64,000 nucleotides of DNA. It comes from a virus. Under the pieces are notes generated by a model. It searched no databases. It saw only the letters and a list, made by a program, of their open reading frames with translations, and had not been told where the DNA came from. Each line of letters starts with the position of its first letter. The stretch's first letter is position 1. The DNA is taken from IMG/VR virus record IMGVR_UViG_3300008113_004623, positions 36,503-100,502 of that record, one strand, 5' to 3'. The translations under genes and the position numbers were made by a program. Below, in pieces: positions 29,362 to 40,117 of the stretch.

Positions 29362-32300
29362 ATGCCTAGACACTGTATCATTGAATTTAATAACCCAATA
29401 ACAGGACAAAGACAAACGTCTTTGTTGGGTTATATATTAAACCAACAAGGAATTAACGTCAATGATGTTAATGCTTTATTGGAAAACTTATATCAATCAA
29501 AAGCTTCTCAAGGTTTTACAAATTCAATTAAACTAGGAGTACCTGAGTTATTTGAATCTAATCCTGAGTTAGCTAATGCTGTATATGAAGCTGCTGGGTT
29601 TAAACCCAATAAACTTAATCTTGATTTTAAGATTACTACAGAGGATGGGATACGTATTAATGTTTTTTTTGGTGGAGAGAACGTAGGGGGTATAGATCTT
29701 CAGAAATCTGATAACAATTATTTTGTGCGAAATGTAGGAGTTTTTGATAAAAATCAAGGCATTGGAACTGAAATATATAAAAAAGCAATAGAGTACGTAA
29801 CGCAACAGGGAGGAGTTTTAAAGCCAGATTTCTTGTCTGCTGCTGAAAGTTACTCAATTTATAAAAAGTTAGAAAAAGAAGGTTTATTTAAGATAGCTAG
29901 TGTATCTGAACAACTTGAAGATGGTAGGTATGAAATAATAGGAGAAAGTACACGACAACTTCCTTTTTGGAGGTAGCGTTTTCTATGTAAGTACTGACAA
30001 AAGGGAGGCTAAAGGGTACGCTAAAAAAGAAGGCAGTATAGTATCTTTATTAATTAATGCAAAAAATGTACAATTCCAAAGAGATGCTTTTTTTGGTAAT
30101 AGACCACAAAGTAAAGCGGAGATTCAAGCAGAGATTGATGCAATTAAAAATTCAAAGTTTGCGTTAGAATTTATAGGCGAAGTGGTAGAAATAGAAGTAT
30201 TTCCTACTTTAGCAGAAGCCACTGAATTTTCTGAACGAAATTCTGGTTGGGAACCATTAACGGAATCTGTAAAACAAAATAAGTTAAAAGAGCTTAATAA
30301 CGCTTTAGTTACTACTGAAGAATTTGATACTGTTTTAACAAATAACGATGCTGGTGAGAGAACTATTTACATTGTAAATCAAGCTGAACAAATCCACATA
30401 CTAGGAAACAAACAAGATATAGAAGGATTTAAAAAGTTTGTAGAGCAGGAAGAACTTCCTGATACTTTTAGTGAAAGGACATGGAATACTAATAATAATC
30501 TAAGCACAGACTTTATTGAACCTCGTATTTCCGACTTAGCTGAAGAGTTTGACTTAGAGATTGTGCCTGGTCTAGTAGATCAAATTAATTTGATCCAAGA
30601 CTTTTATGACTCAAAGAACATTCATTTAGGTACAAACTTAAACTTATTACAAGCTAAAGATATTATTAAAGATGCGCAAGACTTAGGTTTGTCTTTAGAG
30701 TTGGAGGTAATTAATCCTGAAGAACAACCTTCAGATAGAATCTATCGTGTATATCCAGTAAATCCAACTCAAGCGAATAACGAGGCAGTCAATAATTTTA
30801 TTTATGAACAACTAAGTGCTTACTATGAACAAGTAGGTGCGCCCAATGCGTTAAACACAGTTTCTAATTATGTAGATGTAACAAACCCTACTTTAGTGGG
30901 GATGCTTAAAAACATTCTTAATGATCCTAGTACTACTCAGTTTGAAAAGGACATTATGAATACTATGCTGACTCTCTTAAAGCAGTTTCCCGAAATTAAC
31001 GTAAACTTCAGCAAAGACTTAATGTTATCTGAATTAAATCCCGATAACTTAGTTCCAGCAAGATACGACGCAAAGACTAACACTATTACGTTATATACAG
31101 GTCCTTTATCTAATTATAATTCAGGGCAGTTTAAGCACATTTTAATGCACGAGTTAACACATGCTTTGTTTTTCTCTACATTAAAAAACCCACAGACACA
31201 AGCAGAGAAAGTATTTGCATCAGAGATAAAACGTATTTATGAATACTACAAGGCTAAATTTCCGAACGCGGCTTATGTAGGAGAATTTTACGGACTAACT
31301 AATGAGCATGAGTTTTTATCCGAGTTCTTTAGTAATCCAGAGTTTCGTTCTATTTTAGAAAAAGAAGCACCTGTAGTACACGGATCTATTTATCAATCTG
31401 TCTTAAACTTTTTTAAGAAGTTGTTTAATCAATTTTTGACAAACAAGAACAGACAAGATACCCAATACTTAACCGATTTAACTAAGTATTTTTTTAACAA
31501 TGTTCTAAGTTCAAAGATTAATACGTCAGGAGTTTATACTTCTGAAGATGCTTTTAACTATGAAGTAACTGATCAAGTGTATAACGATTTCTTAAAGAGT
31601 ATTCCAGGAAAAAATTCTTTTGATAAATTCTATGGTGCATTAGACAGTTTGCTTAATAATCCTAAAATTAACTGGCAGTCTATATTTAAGCACGCTAAGG
31701 CTACAGGTATTCAGCTTAAAGTTCTAACTGACTCCGTAGATGTTTTACAAAACATAGAAGTAGGCGCACTTACAAGAAGCGATTTAAAAACTTCGTTTAA
31801 GGCCGTTATGACACACTTATCAGATACACATACTTTTTTGCGTAATCTGAAAAGTAGTTTGAGTGAATTAGAGAAGAACCAGTCTTTACCTGAACATACA
31901 TTATTTAGCAGAGCGTATCATGCAAAAAACATAGGACAACACTACAAGAAATACATTGAAGACTTTAAAAGTCTAATGGATAATCCTAGTAGCTCAAGTC
32001 CAATGGGTAGATATATTTACAGCATTGAGGCCATTTCTACAGAATTAATTGGGGGATTTGACAGCATTGCGGCTCCCGCTATTGCTTCTAAGTTTGCTGA
32101 TTATTTTTGGGAACAAACAAACCAACTAAGAAAAGAAATAACTGCAAGGATACAAGACCTAACTAATAAGTTAGAAACTGCTAATAGAGCAGGTAATACT
32201 AAAAAAGCCCAAGTTCTTCAGAAAGAACTAACTAAAGAAACAGAAAGACTTAAAGCTATTGCCACTAAACAAAACCTAGAACAAGCTTTAAAGGGAGTCT

Positions 32301-35300
32301 TAGTAAATGGAGATAGCAAGAGTACTCTTGGTTCTAGACTAGGTGCTTTCATTGAATCTGCTGCATTAAGTGGGGATTTAATTGAGGGTAGTTTAGCAGG
32401 TTTTGTAGATGACCTACACTCAAAGGCTACAGAAGAAGCATTAGTTTTAGAGAAAAGAATGAAGTCTTTGTCTACAAGACTACAAAATCATTTAGAAGCA
32501 CAAGGTAAGAGAGCTGTTACTTCTTTAGGATTTGGTGATATTTTTGGTAAGTATATTCGTAGAGTCACTGTTAAAGAGATTAAACGCGTAAATGGCGTAT
32601 TAGAGTTATCTGAAAGAGATACTTATGTTCTTCAAACAGAGATGGATGAGGTATCTTACTTGAATCGACATAACGAACTACGATATGAAATCTTAAAGTT
32701 AGAAAACAAAGAGAATAAAACCGAAGATGATTTAAAGCAATTAGAACGGTTAATCGACAACTTAGCAGATTTTGAAGAACAAAATCTTGAAAGTTTGTAT
32801 ACTGAAGAATATCATCGTATTCAAAATATATTATCTGAACCTGCACGTAAAGCCCGAGAAGAGATTATTAACCAGATGCGTCAAATTCAGGTTAATGCTA
32901 CACAGGGTGATCAAACCGATGAAGACTTAGATAGATTAGAAGATTTAAAGACTCAACTAGATGAGTTGGAGAATCCATTTGGTAAGACTCCTGAACAGCA
33001 AGAAATTGCTTACAATATTCAACAGTGGAAACAAGAACGTAGAAATGCTAACTTATATGTTTATAAACTGACCGAAACCAATCGTGCAATCTTTAATGAT
33101 TTCTTCGACGCAAAGAAAGCAAAAGTAAGAGAAGCCGAATTAAGTTTAGCAAATCTACTAGGCATAGCAAATGCTGAATCTAATCCAAACCTAGCTGAAG
33201 AAATTTCTCAAGCACTCCAAACTAATACATCAGACCGCGTAGAACTTGCAAAAGAAATACTTCGTTTAGCTCAAGCTGACTTAGCTAAGTTTAAAAGAAA
33301 CAACGTAGTTAAAAAGGTTAAGCCAGAGTTTTACGAACTACGTAACTCTATCTTAGAGGGAATTGAGAACATTCAAAGTAAGTACAGGACTGAGATGGGC
33401 GGTGTAGAAGCTATTAGTGAACTATACCAAGAGTTATTTACCTTATTAAAACCCTACAAGAACCAAAACGGAGAGTATGTAGGATCAAAAGCGCCTACTG
33501 AGTTAGTAGAGTATGTTACTGAAGACGGTGAGGTAGTACAAATTAACGTAGCGACACGAGTTAAGGACATAGAAAATCGTATTGACCGTATTCGTGATGT
33601 AATGAGCGAAGGTGTACGTATGTCTAAAGTAGACAAAGATAACTTGTTTGCTTTATTTGATGAACTAAAGAACATTCAAACAAAAACTACTACTGAAGAT
33701 TATAAAAAGGTAGTCGCTGTAGAACAAGCTAAAGCTCGTACAGCAGTTATTTCTGAGCTAGGAGAGGCGTACAAGGATTTAACAAATCAACAACTACAAC
33801 GTGCTATACTTAAAAAGTATAGAGCCTCTGAGTGGTATAAGCAAAATCATAGAGATTTTAAACCTACAGGGGAAGGAACTCCACTATTTCATTGGAGGGT
33901 TACTTTACCTACTAACCCTAATTTTATTTCCGAAGAAGAGCCTTCTTTCCGTTGGTACACTATTGAAGTAAACGACGCCACTGATCCTAATACGGGTAAG
34001 CCTCTATACATTAATAAAGACGTACAAAACTTTAGATATAGTAAACGAGTACCTTTAAAGCGCACTAGCGGATTTAGAAACTCTGAATATCAAACATTAG
34101 ATTCTGTTGAGAAAGAAATTATCAGTGAAGTAGTAAGTATTTTAGGAGAGTTAGAGGATGGCTTACCTACTAAATTAAAGTTAGGAACTGAATTACCTGC
34201 TTATATGAAGACAGGATTAGAAAGTCTTAATGGAAAAGTAGGCAATCTAAAAGACCAAATTACAAGTGTTGCAAGTAATTTGTGGGATAGAGCCACTGGT
34301 AAAGACCAGGAAGATCCTACAGATAAAGTTTCTTTATTAGATAAACTGAACCCTAATAAGTCAGAGTTAAACAAGTACAGTGATAGAATACATTTAAAGT
34401 ATTTAACTCCAATAGAAGCGGATAAAATGAGCATTAACTTCTTTGAGTCTATTACTCAGTTTGGAGCAGATGCTTTACGCTTTAAAAACTTGTACGAAAA
34501 TATGGCTTATATCTTTGGAACTAGGGACTTAGTAACAAAGAATTTAGGCGGAACCGTAACTGAGAGCGTAGTAAATAATATTATTGAGCGTAAGGTAAAT
34601 GGAAAATCTCGCGTATCGCTTACAGGTAATCCTATTTTAAATGCTATTGGCTACATGAGTGATAAACTAATTGTAGGACTTACAGCTAAGGCTACTTTAT
34701 CTGTTAACTTACCTTCAGCAGTTAAAAACTTTACCGCAGGTAGTTATAACATATATACTCAAGCAGGAAGATTTGGTATTAACAGACAAGATATAGCAGT
34801 AGGAAAATCAAAAGCAGCTATGCACTTGCGAGATTTTTATAGAGCTAGTGTAGAAGATGGTGTGTCTACTCCTTATATTCAAAAGGTTAGATACTTTAAT
34901 ATTATGCCAGAAGATCATTTAAACGAAGTTGGTAAAAAAATGTATCGTACTTCTTTAGATAAAACGGCTAATTACAATCCATTGAGGATGTATGCTTTTA
35001 CTAGACAGGCTTTAGAATTTGAGATGCGTGTAGGAGTAGCAGAAGCTTTATCTAAACAACACCTTATAGAACTTAATAACGGACAGTTTATTCCTATTAT
35101 GGAAGCCTATACCTCTGTAGGGGGAGTATTGGTGCCTCGTGCTGACATAAAAGACTTAGCAGGATTCTCAAATCAAGAAAGTTACTTTAAAGGTAGATTA
35201 AACTTAATTAACAGTTTAATTCATGGTGCTTATGGTGCAATGGACAAAGCTGAATATCAGCGTTATGCTATTGGTCGTTTTATAATGATGATGCGTAACT

Positions 35301-36244
35301 GGTTTGGTTATCAGTGGTTAAGCAGATTTGGCTCACGTAGAATGTCTATTAGAGCAGGTATGGAGTTCGAGGGCATGTACAGAACCTTATGGAATGTATT
35401 AGGTTACAAGGGTAAGTTTTGGCAGTTGATGAGTTATTCAGCTACTTCAGATCTACTAAGCAATAGAGAGAAAGAAAATCTTAAAGGTGTTATGTTTGAT
35501 ACTTTAGGAATTTCTGTTATGATGGGTCTTTCTCACCTTATCAGCCAAGCTGTGTACTCCGACGATGACGATGATGTAGATAATCCAATGGCTTATTTAA
35601 TGTTATATAATCTTCTTTACTTAGAAGATGAATTAAATACATTACATCCTGTTTTTGGTCCTGCAGCTATTGCTTATTCTCGTATCGAAAATAAAGTAAG
35701 TGGAGACAACTTTGCTACCTATTACTTTAAAAAATACTTTACAGAGCCTTTCCGCGTATCTCAAGATATAGGAAGGGCTATGTATGAATATTCTCCTTTC
35801 GGAGATTTAGGAATGTTTGATGAGTATGTGCCTTTAAGCAAGAACGGTAAAGTAATGAATCCTAATCGTTACAAACCAGATCCTTTCTTACAAGGTATGC
35901 CTGATATCCTTGCCCGTACTCTTAAATTGTTTGCTTTAGATAAATCTGTAAACTATATAATAGGAAACCAAGAGTTTATGTATCGCAAGTACGATTACTT
36001 AAATCCTAAATATTTTACTGATTCTTATGAAAAAGAATTACGTCAGGCAAAAAGAGGACAGCGTTCAAATAAACTTGAGATTAAAGCAATCAAAGAAGAG
36101 ATAAAGTTAATTGAAGATCCAGATACTAAAGAGTTGTTGTATGAAAAAATAGAACGCCTCGAGGCCGAAATAGAAAGAGATAAAGAAGCACAAGAAATTT
36201 TAGAGCAGAACTACTCTGATTACACAGGAGCTGATAGAAGATAA
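29362..36244 (+). CDS. Giant ejection protein 3 (GNAT, ART-like, zincin, helical body), split by a +1 frame break at about 29942-29973
   Basis: Frame 1 runs 29362-29976. Frame 2 is open from 29942 into the 30182-36244 ORF. GNAT NQGIGTEIY; HELTH zincin at 31148-31162. Confidence 0.75.
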
Positions 36245-36270
36245 CCTGTTGTTTTTATTTTATTTTAAAT

Positions 36271-36278
36271 TATATTTG
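36271..36278 (+). promoter_or_regulatory. -7 promoter element TATATTTG
   Basis: Intergenic, TTG about 19 nt upstream; followed by a small AGTC-GCAA-GACT hairpin. Confidence 0.7.
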
Positions 36279-36325
36279 TATTAGCGAGTCGCAAGACTGG
36301 TTTATTAACTTAAACGTATACAATT

Positions 36326-36637
36326 ATGGCATGGGACATTTCTCAAAAATTAGACGAGCATTCTAAGAAATTAAGACAGATTGCTGCAAGTACAGGAACA
36401 TTAGCTGGAGCAGGCGGATTTGTCCGTTACGCAACAGGCACAGTTAACGATGTAAACTTTGTTGCTGTTATTCCCCAAGAAGACACAGTATTTACTTCAT
36501 TTAAAATAAACGGAGTAGAGCAACTTACTCTTCGTGGTATGTCAGGAGTAACCTTTAAACAAGGTGCCTACTTACCTGGAGGCGGAAACATCACAGGGTT
36601 TGCTATCTCTTCTGGAAGTATCATAGCATATAAATAA
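36326..36637 (+). CDS. Small beta-rich structural protein
   Basis: 103 aa, Gly-rich, ends GSIIAYK; precedes the lectin-like gene. Confidence 0.5.
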   Translation: MAWDISQKLDEHSKKLRQIAASTGTLAGAGGFVRYATGTVNDVNFVAVIPQEDTVFTSFKINGVEQLTLRGMSGVTFKQGAYLPGGGNITGFAISSGSIIAYK

Positions 36638-36642
36638 GACTC

Positions 36643-37536
36643 ATGATTGGGTTAAGTTTTGGCATACGTAATCCTATTAAAATTATAGGTGGAGGGGGAG
36701 AAGGACTTTCTCCCGTTAATGACTTAGATGCATTAGCTTATGTTACTGCAGCTAATATTACTAATTCTGCTGAAAGAACCGCTGTAGACAATTTTGTTAT
36801 TGCTTTAAAAGCTTGTAACATGTGGGATAGAATTTATGCTTTCTATCCTTTACTTGGTAATACATTATCACAGACAACTTATAATTTAAAAGATCCTGCT
36901 ACCTACCAAATTATTTGGACAGGTAGTCCTGTAATAGCATCTAAAGGATTACAGTTTGATGGAACAACTCAACACGGGGATACAAATTTTTCTCCTGCAT
37001 CTGTTCCTGGATTTTCGATAGCTGATTTTATGTTTGGATGTTATGACGCTACAGGATTTAATTCTAGAACAGAAATTCCTATGGGTATTACAGAAACCGT
37101 AGGAGGTGTAGTAGGTTATAGCAGAGCTAGAGCAGTGTGGTTTTCTACCAATTACAACTTATTAGATATTTGGTCTTTCAATGAAGACGCTGCTCGTATT
37201 GTTTTTAGTGGAGTAAATGAAAATGGCCAAGCTGTAGGTCACTGGACATTTTTAAGAAGGTCAGTAAACGAAGCAAAAGTATTTTACTTTAATACAGGAT
37301 CAGGCAGTAACTATATGAAGGGGCAAAACTCTGTTACTATAAATCCAAATGCTTCTTTAACTAATAAAATGTTTTTAGCAGCTGCTTCTGACGGTGCTCC
37401 AGGAGCAAATACACCTAACTTACGTTCAAATAAATTATATAAGTATTTTTACATGTCAAAAGCTGCAATTAACGATGCTCAATTCTTGCAGTTTAGACTA
37501 GCTTTGTATAACTTTCAAATAGCATCAGGAAAATAA
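36643..37536 (+). CDS. Tail fibre/decoration protein with ConA/LamG-like domain
   Basis: DALAYVTAANIT..AVDNFV..W..AFYP; GLQFDGTTQHGDT. Confidence 0.55.
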   Translation: MIGLSFGIRNPIKIIGGGGEGLSPVNDLDALAYVTAANITNSAERTAVDNFVIALKACNMWDRIYAFYPLLGNTLSQTTYNLKDPATYQIIWTGSPVIASKGLQFDGTTQHGDTNFSPASVPGFSIADFMFGCYDATGFNSRTEIPMGITETVGGVVGYSRARAVWFSTNYNLLDIWSFNEDAARIVFSGVNENGQAVGHWTFLRRSVNEAKVFYFNTGSGSNYMKGQNSVTINPNASLTNKMFLAAASDGAPGANTPNLRSNKLYKYFYMSKAAINDAQFLQFRLALYNFQIASGK

Positions 37537-37751
37537 TGGCACAATACATTGTTATATCACAAGAAGTAGCTGAAACTAATGTTGGTTTGCGTAGGGGTGT
37601 AGATACTTTTAATTACGCTATTACTTTAGATGGTCGCTACGTATGTAACGCTAATGCATTACAAGATTTTGGAGACATTCTACCACAAGGCGCTCCTATT
37701 ATAACTTTAACTGATGATGATTTCCCACCAATAGTTGTTAATTGTCCATAA
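37536..37751 (+). CDS. Hypothetical protein (partner of the lectin-like gene)
   Basis: Overlapping stop/start (TAATG) coupling on both sides. Confidence 0.7.
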   Translation: MAQYIVISQEVAETNVGLRRGVDTFNYAITLDGRYVCNANALQDFGDILPQGAPIITLTDDDFPPIVVNCP

Positions 37752-38173
37752 TGAAAACTACTACTTTGTTATATTCTTTCACTACTCTCTGTGCATTTTT
37801 TGGCACGTATTTTTTTAATCTAGGCGCAGAAAACATTGACCAATATTTAGCGGTTGTTTGTGTGGTATTTATTGATGGATTCTTTGGGGTTATTGCTGGA
37901 ACCAAAATGGAAGGATTCCGCACAAATAAAGCTATTAGAGTCTTACAGACTTTAGTAACTTGGATTTTCTTATTGACAGGAGTACTTGTTATTGAGAAAG
38001 GCTTTGATGGAACTTTCTGGTTAAGCGAAACTGTAGTTGCTCCTTTTATTCTATTTCAATTAATATCAGCTTTAAAGAATGCAGCTCGTGCTGGCTTACT
38101 AAAGAATGAATTACTTACAATCATTCTATCAAAAATAGATACTCATAAGATAAATGAAAAACAAGATAAATAG
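37751..38173 (+). CDS. Holin (Phage_holin_4_1-like)
   Basis: Three to four hydrophobic segments, D-x-x-x-G motif, FQLISALKNA; ATG at 37751. Confidence 0.7.
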   Translation: MKTTTLLYSFTTLCAFFGTYFFNLGAENIDQYLAVVCVVFIDGFFGVIAGTKMEGFRTNKAIRVLQTLVTWIFLLTGVLVIEKGFDGTFWLSETVVAPFILFQLISALKNAARAGLLKNELLTIILSKIDTHKINEKQDK

Positions 38174-38486
38174 CGTACAAGGGACTCTAATTGTAGTCCT
38201 TTTACTTATTATAACCCTAGTACTTTCTTATAGACTGTTCAGTCCTAAAGAACAAAGTGACGCACGTTTGTTCTCGTACTTAGATTCTATAAATAAAAAG
38301 AACGAACTTTTATTTGCTAAGGTTGATTCTTTACAGAAAGTAAAAACTCAGCTTTACAAAGAGTACACTAAAGTTAAATTAAAATATGACACAATTCAGA
38401 TTGCTATTGATACTATGCCTGATCTTGAAGGTACAAAACTCTTATTCTCAATCTCTAGACAGCTTACCGCTAAAGGAATTGAATAA
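38154..38486 (+). CDS. i-spanin-like protein (N-terminal TM + coiled coil)
   Basis: TLIVVLLLIITLVL then coiled coil; follows the holin. Confidence 0.5.
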   Translation: MKNKINSVQGTLIVVLLLIITLVLSYRLFSPKEQSDARLFSYLDSINKKNELLFAKVDSLQKVKTQLYKEYTKVKLKYDTIQIAIDTMPDLEGTKLLFSISRQLTAKGIE

Positions 38487-38739
38487 AGAGTTTCTCAAAG
38501 GCATACAAGCCCGTGAGAGAGTAGTTGCTTTACAACGTATAGTAAAGACAGATAGCGTTATTATCAAAAATTACAAAGATTCTGTAGTGCCTAGCATGCA
38601 ACACGTCATAGATACTACAGGTGTAGAGTTAAAAAAGTACTATAAACTCTACGATGAAAGTCAAGAAGAATTAAAATTTTACAAAAAAGGTTTTTGGGGA
38701 GCGATTGCACTTTCATTTCTTTTGATTATCTTCCATTAA
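38386..38739 (+). CDS. Overlapping spanin-like protein (signal peptide, coiled coil, C-terminal hydrophobic tail)
   Basis: 101 nt overlap with the previous gene; SYS/Q cleavage-like site; C-terminal GFWGAIALSFLLIIFH. Confidence 0.45.
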   Translation: MTQFRLLLILCLILKVQNSYSQSLDSLPLKELNKEFLKGIQARERVVALQRIVKTDSVIIKNYKDSVVPSMQHVIDTTGVELKKYYKLYDESQEELKFYKKGFWGAIALSFLLIIFH

Positions 38740-38762
38740 TTTATTTAATTAATGCTACCCTA

Positions 38763-39026
38763 ATGACTATTCAAGAACTAGAGTTAGAGATCAATAAGTT
38801 TTTTCTCGACTCAGAAAAAGACTCAGAAGGTACAGGTACTCGAAAGATAGGCACTTATCCTAATGCTGTAATAATGAACAGCACACATTACAAGAACTTT
38901 TTAAAAGAACTGTTCCACGCAGAAGATAACGTAGAGATTCCTGAAGGAGTCTTTATTGCTTCTATCTGCGGTTTAAAAGTTCTTTTTTCTGAAGAAATTG
39001 AAACACCTAGAGTAATTAAAATGTAA
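38763..39026 (+). CDS. Hypothetical protein
   Basis: Likely start MTIQELELE at 38763. Confidence 0.65.
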   Translation: MTIQELELEINKFFLDSEKDSEGTGTRKIGTYPNAVIMNSTHYKNFLKELFHAEDNVEIPEGVFIASICGLKVLFSEEIETPRVIKM

Positions 39027-39031
39027 ATTTG
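39024..39031 (+). promoter_or_regulatory. -7 promoter element for tmRNA (TAAATTTG)
   Basis: Matches TAnnTTTG, 10 nt upstream of the tmRNA 5' end. Confidence 0.6.
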
Positions 39032-39041
39032 TACATCAATC

Positions 39042-39387
39042 GGGGATAACAGGAATCGACAGGATTGATTGGGTTTAATGCTCACGCAGAGAGATGGTAC
39101 TGTTCTCTATAATCACGTATCAAACTAATTAAACGGCAACGTAGAATTATCTGACATGACTTTTGAAGATGCAGTTGAGTTCGTGAACGAATATCAAATG
39201 GCAGCCTAAGTCACGGGGAGTCATCCCCTGGAACAGAAAATGACAAGTTAAGGTTCTTGGACCTAAACCAAGTGGTGGAATCTGACTTCGGTCAACCCTA
39301 CGGTGCAGAGCTTGCTCAGTACTAAGCGTGTAAACAGCATTAGATTGCAACTTTCTCTGGACGAGGGTTCAATTCCCTCTATCTCCA
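39042..39387 (+). ncRNA. ssrA: tmRNA
   Basis: Acceptor stem GGGGATA/TATCTCC-A with G3.U70; GGAATCGAC D-region; T arm GAGGG-TTCAATT-CCCTC; pk1-like pairings GAGA/TCTC and TGGTAC/GTATCA; tag ORF 39135-39209 ending MAA-stop. Confidence 0.95.
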
Positions 39388-39390
39388 CAA

Positions 39391-39428
39391 AAAAAAGAAA
39401 CCCAGCCTATTAAGACTGGGTTTTCTTT
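39391..39428. terminator. Bidirectional terminator at the convergence of the two transcription arms
   Basis: A-rich run, AAACCCAG..CTGGGTTT stem, T-rich run. Confidence 0.8.
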
Positions 39429-39446
39429 ATTTAGTAGATTTAACAG

Positions 39447-39770
39447 TTAGTATTTTGGTCCGCCTGTTTCTGCAAAGAATCTGTTTACATCCTCAATGTT
39501 AGTTAAAGAAATAACTACAGGTTCAGAAGTAATTTCAAACTTCTTAACTTTTACAGGAACTTTCTTTTTGCTTACGGGATCAATCTTAAACTCATACTCT
39601 ACAGGATTTAGTTTATCTGCATTGTGCGCCAATACAACGGCTAATCCTTTGTCTTCGGGATAAGTCATAAGAACCTTGTCTAGGTCAAAACAGAAACCAG
39701 TTTTGGTAACTAGTTCCATTTCTTCCCCGTCTTCGATTTTTTGTTTTTCGGTATAATAAAATAGTCTCAT
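39447..39770 (-). CDS. Hypothetical protein
   Basis: 107-aa ORF in a tightly packed operon. Confidence 0.75.
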   Translation of the reverse strand: MRLFYYTEKQKIEDGEEMELVTKTGFCFDLDKVLMTYPEDKGLAVVLAHNADKLNPVEYEFKIDPVSKKKVPVKVKKFEITSEPVVISLTNIEDVNRFFAETGGPKY

Positions 39771-39771
39771 A

Positions 39772-40116
39772 TTACTTTTTAGGTTTTATTGAATTAGGTT
39801 TTTTTGGATTACGTTTCTGCAGATTAGGTTTCTGCGTAACAGAGTCAGTGATTTGGTCATTTACAGCTGCTGGAACTTTCTTAGCTAAAATTGTAAGTTC
39901 TTCCATCATTCTATTTTTCTGTAAATCAGACATCTCTTTATTTATAGTATAGTTATTTCTTAAAATATCTAAACTAGTTCTACTACAGGCCACTGACAAC
40001 TCGTTTTGCGCACACTGTCTGCTTAAATTAGCATTGATACTCTTTAATTCATTAATTAAAGAAACTCCCAATACAATTAAAATACCTGCAATTAAAGTTA
40101 AAACAATTACTATCAT
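39772..40116 (-). CDS. Membrane-anchored protein
   Basis: N-terminal TM from ATG 40116. Confidence 0.65.
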   Translation of the reverse strand: MIVIVLTLIAGILIVLGVSLINELKSINANLSRQCAQNELSVACSRTSLDILRNNYTINKEMSDLQKNRMMEELTILAKKVPAAVNDQITDSVTQKPNLQKRNPKKPNSIKPKK

Positions 40117-40117
40117 A

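Noticed and set aside
29974-29997. Stop-codon reassignment (TAG readthrough), as in some crAss lineages
   Set aside because: Reading through TAG 29974 hits TGA seven codons later. The multi-kb ORFs are open under code 11 and no suppressor tRNA was seen.
39147-39350. Minus-strand 67-aa ORF (and 38888-39085)
   Set aside because: Antisense shadows of the tmRNA and the upstream gene.
39042-39428. tmRNA as host gene or prophage attachment site
   Set aside because: Phage genes flank both sides; no integrase, duplicated 3' fragment or host genes are visible.
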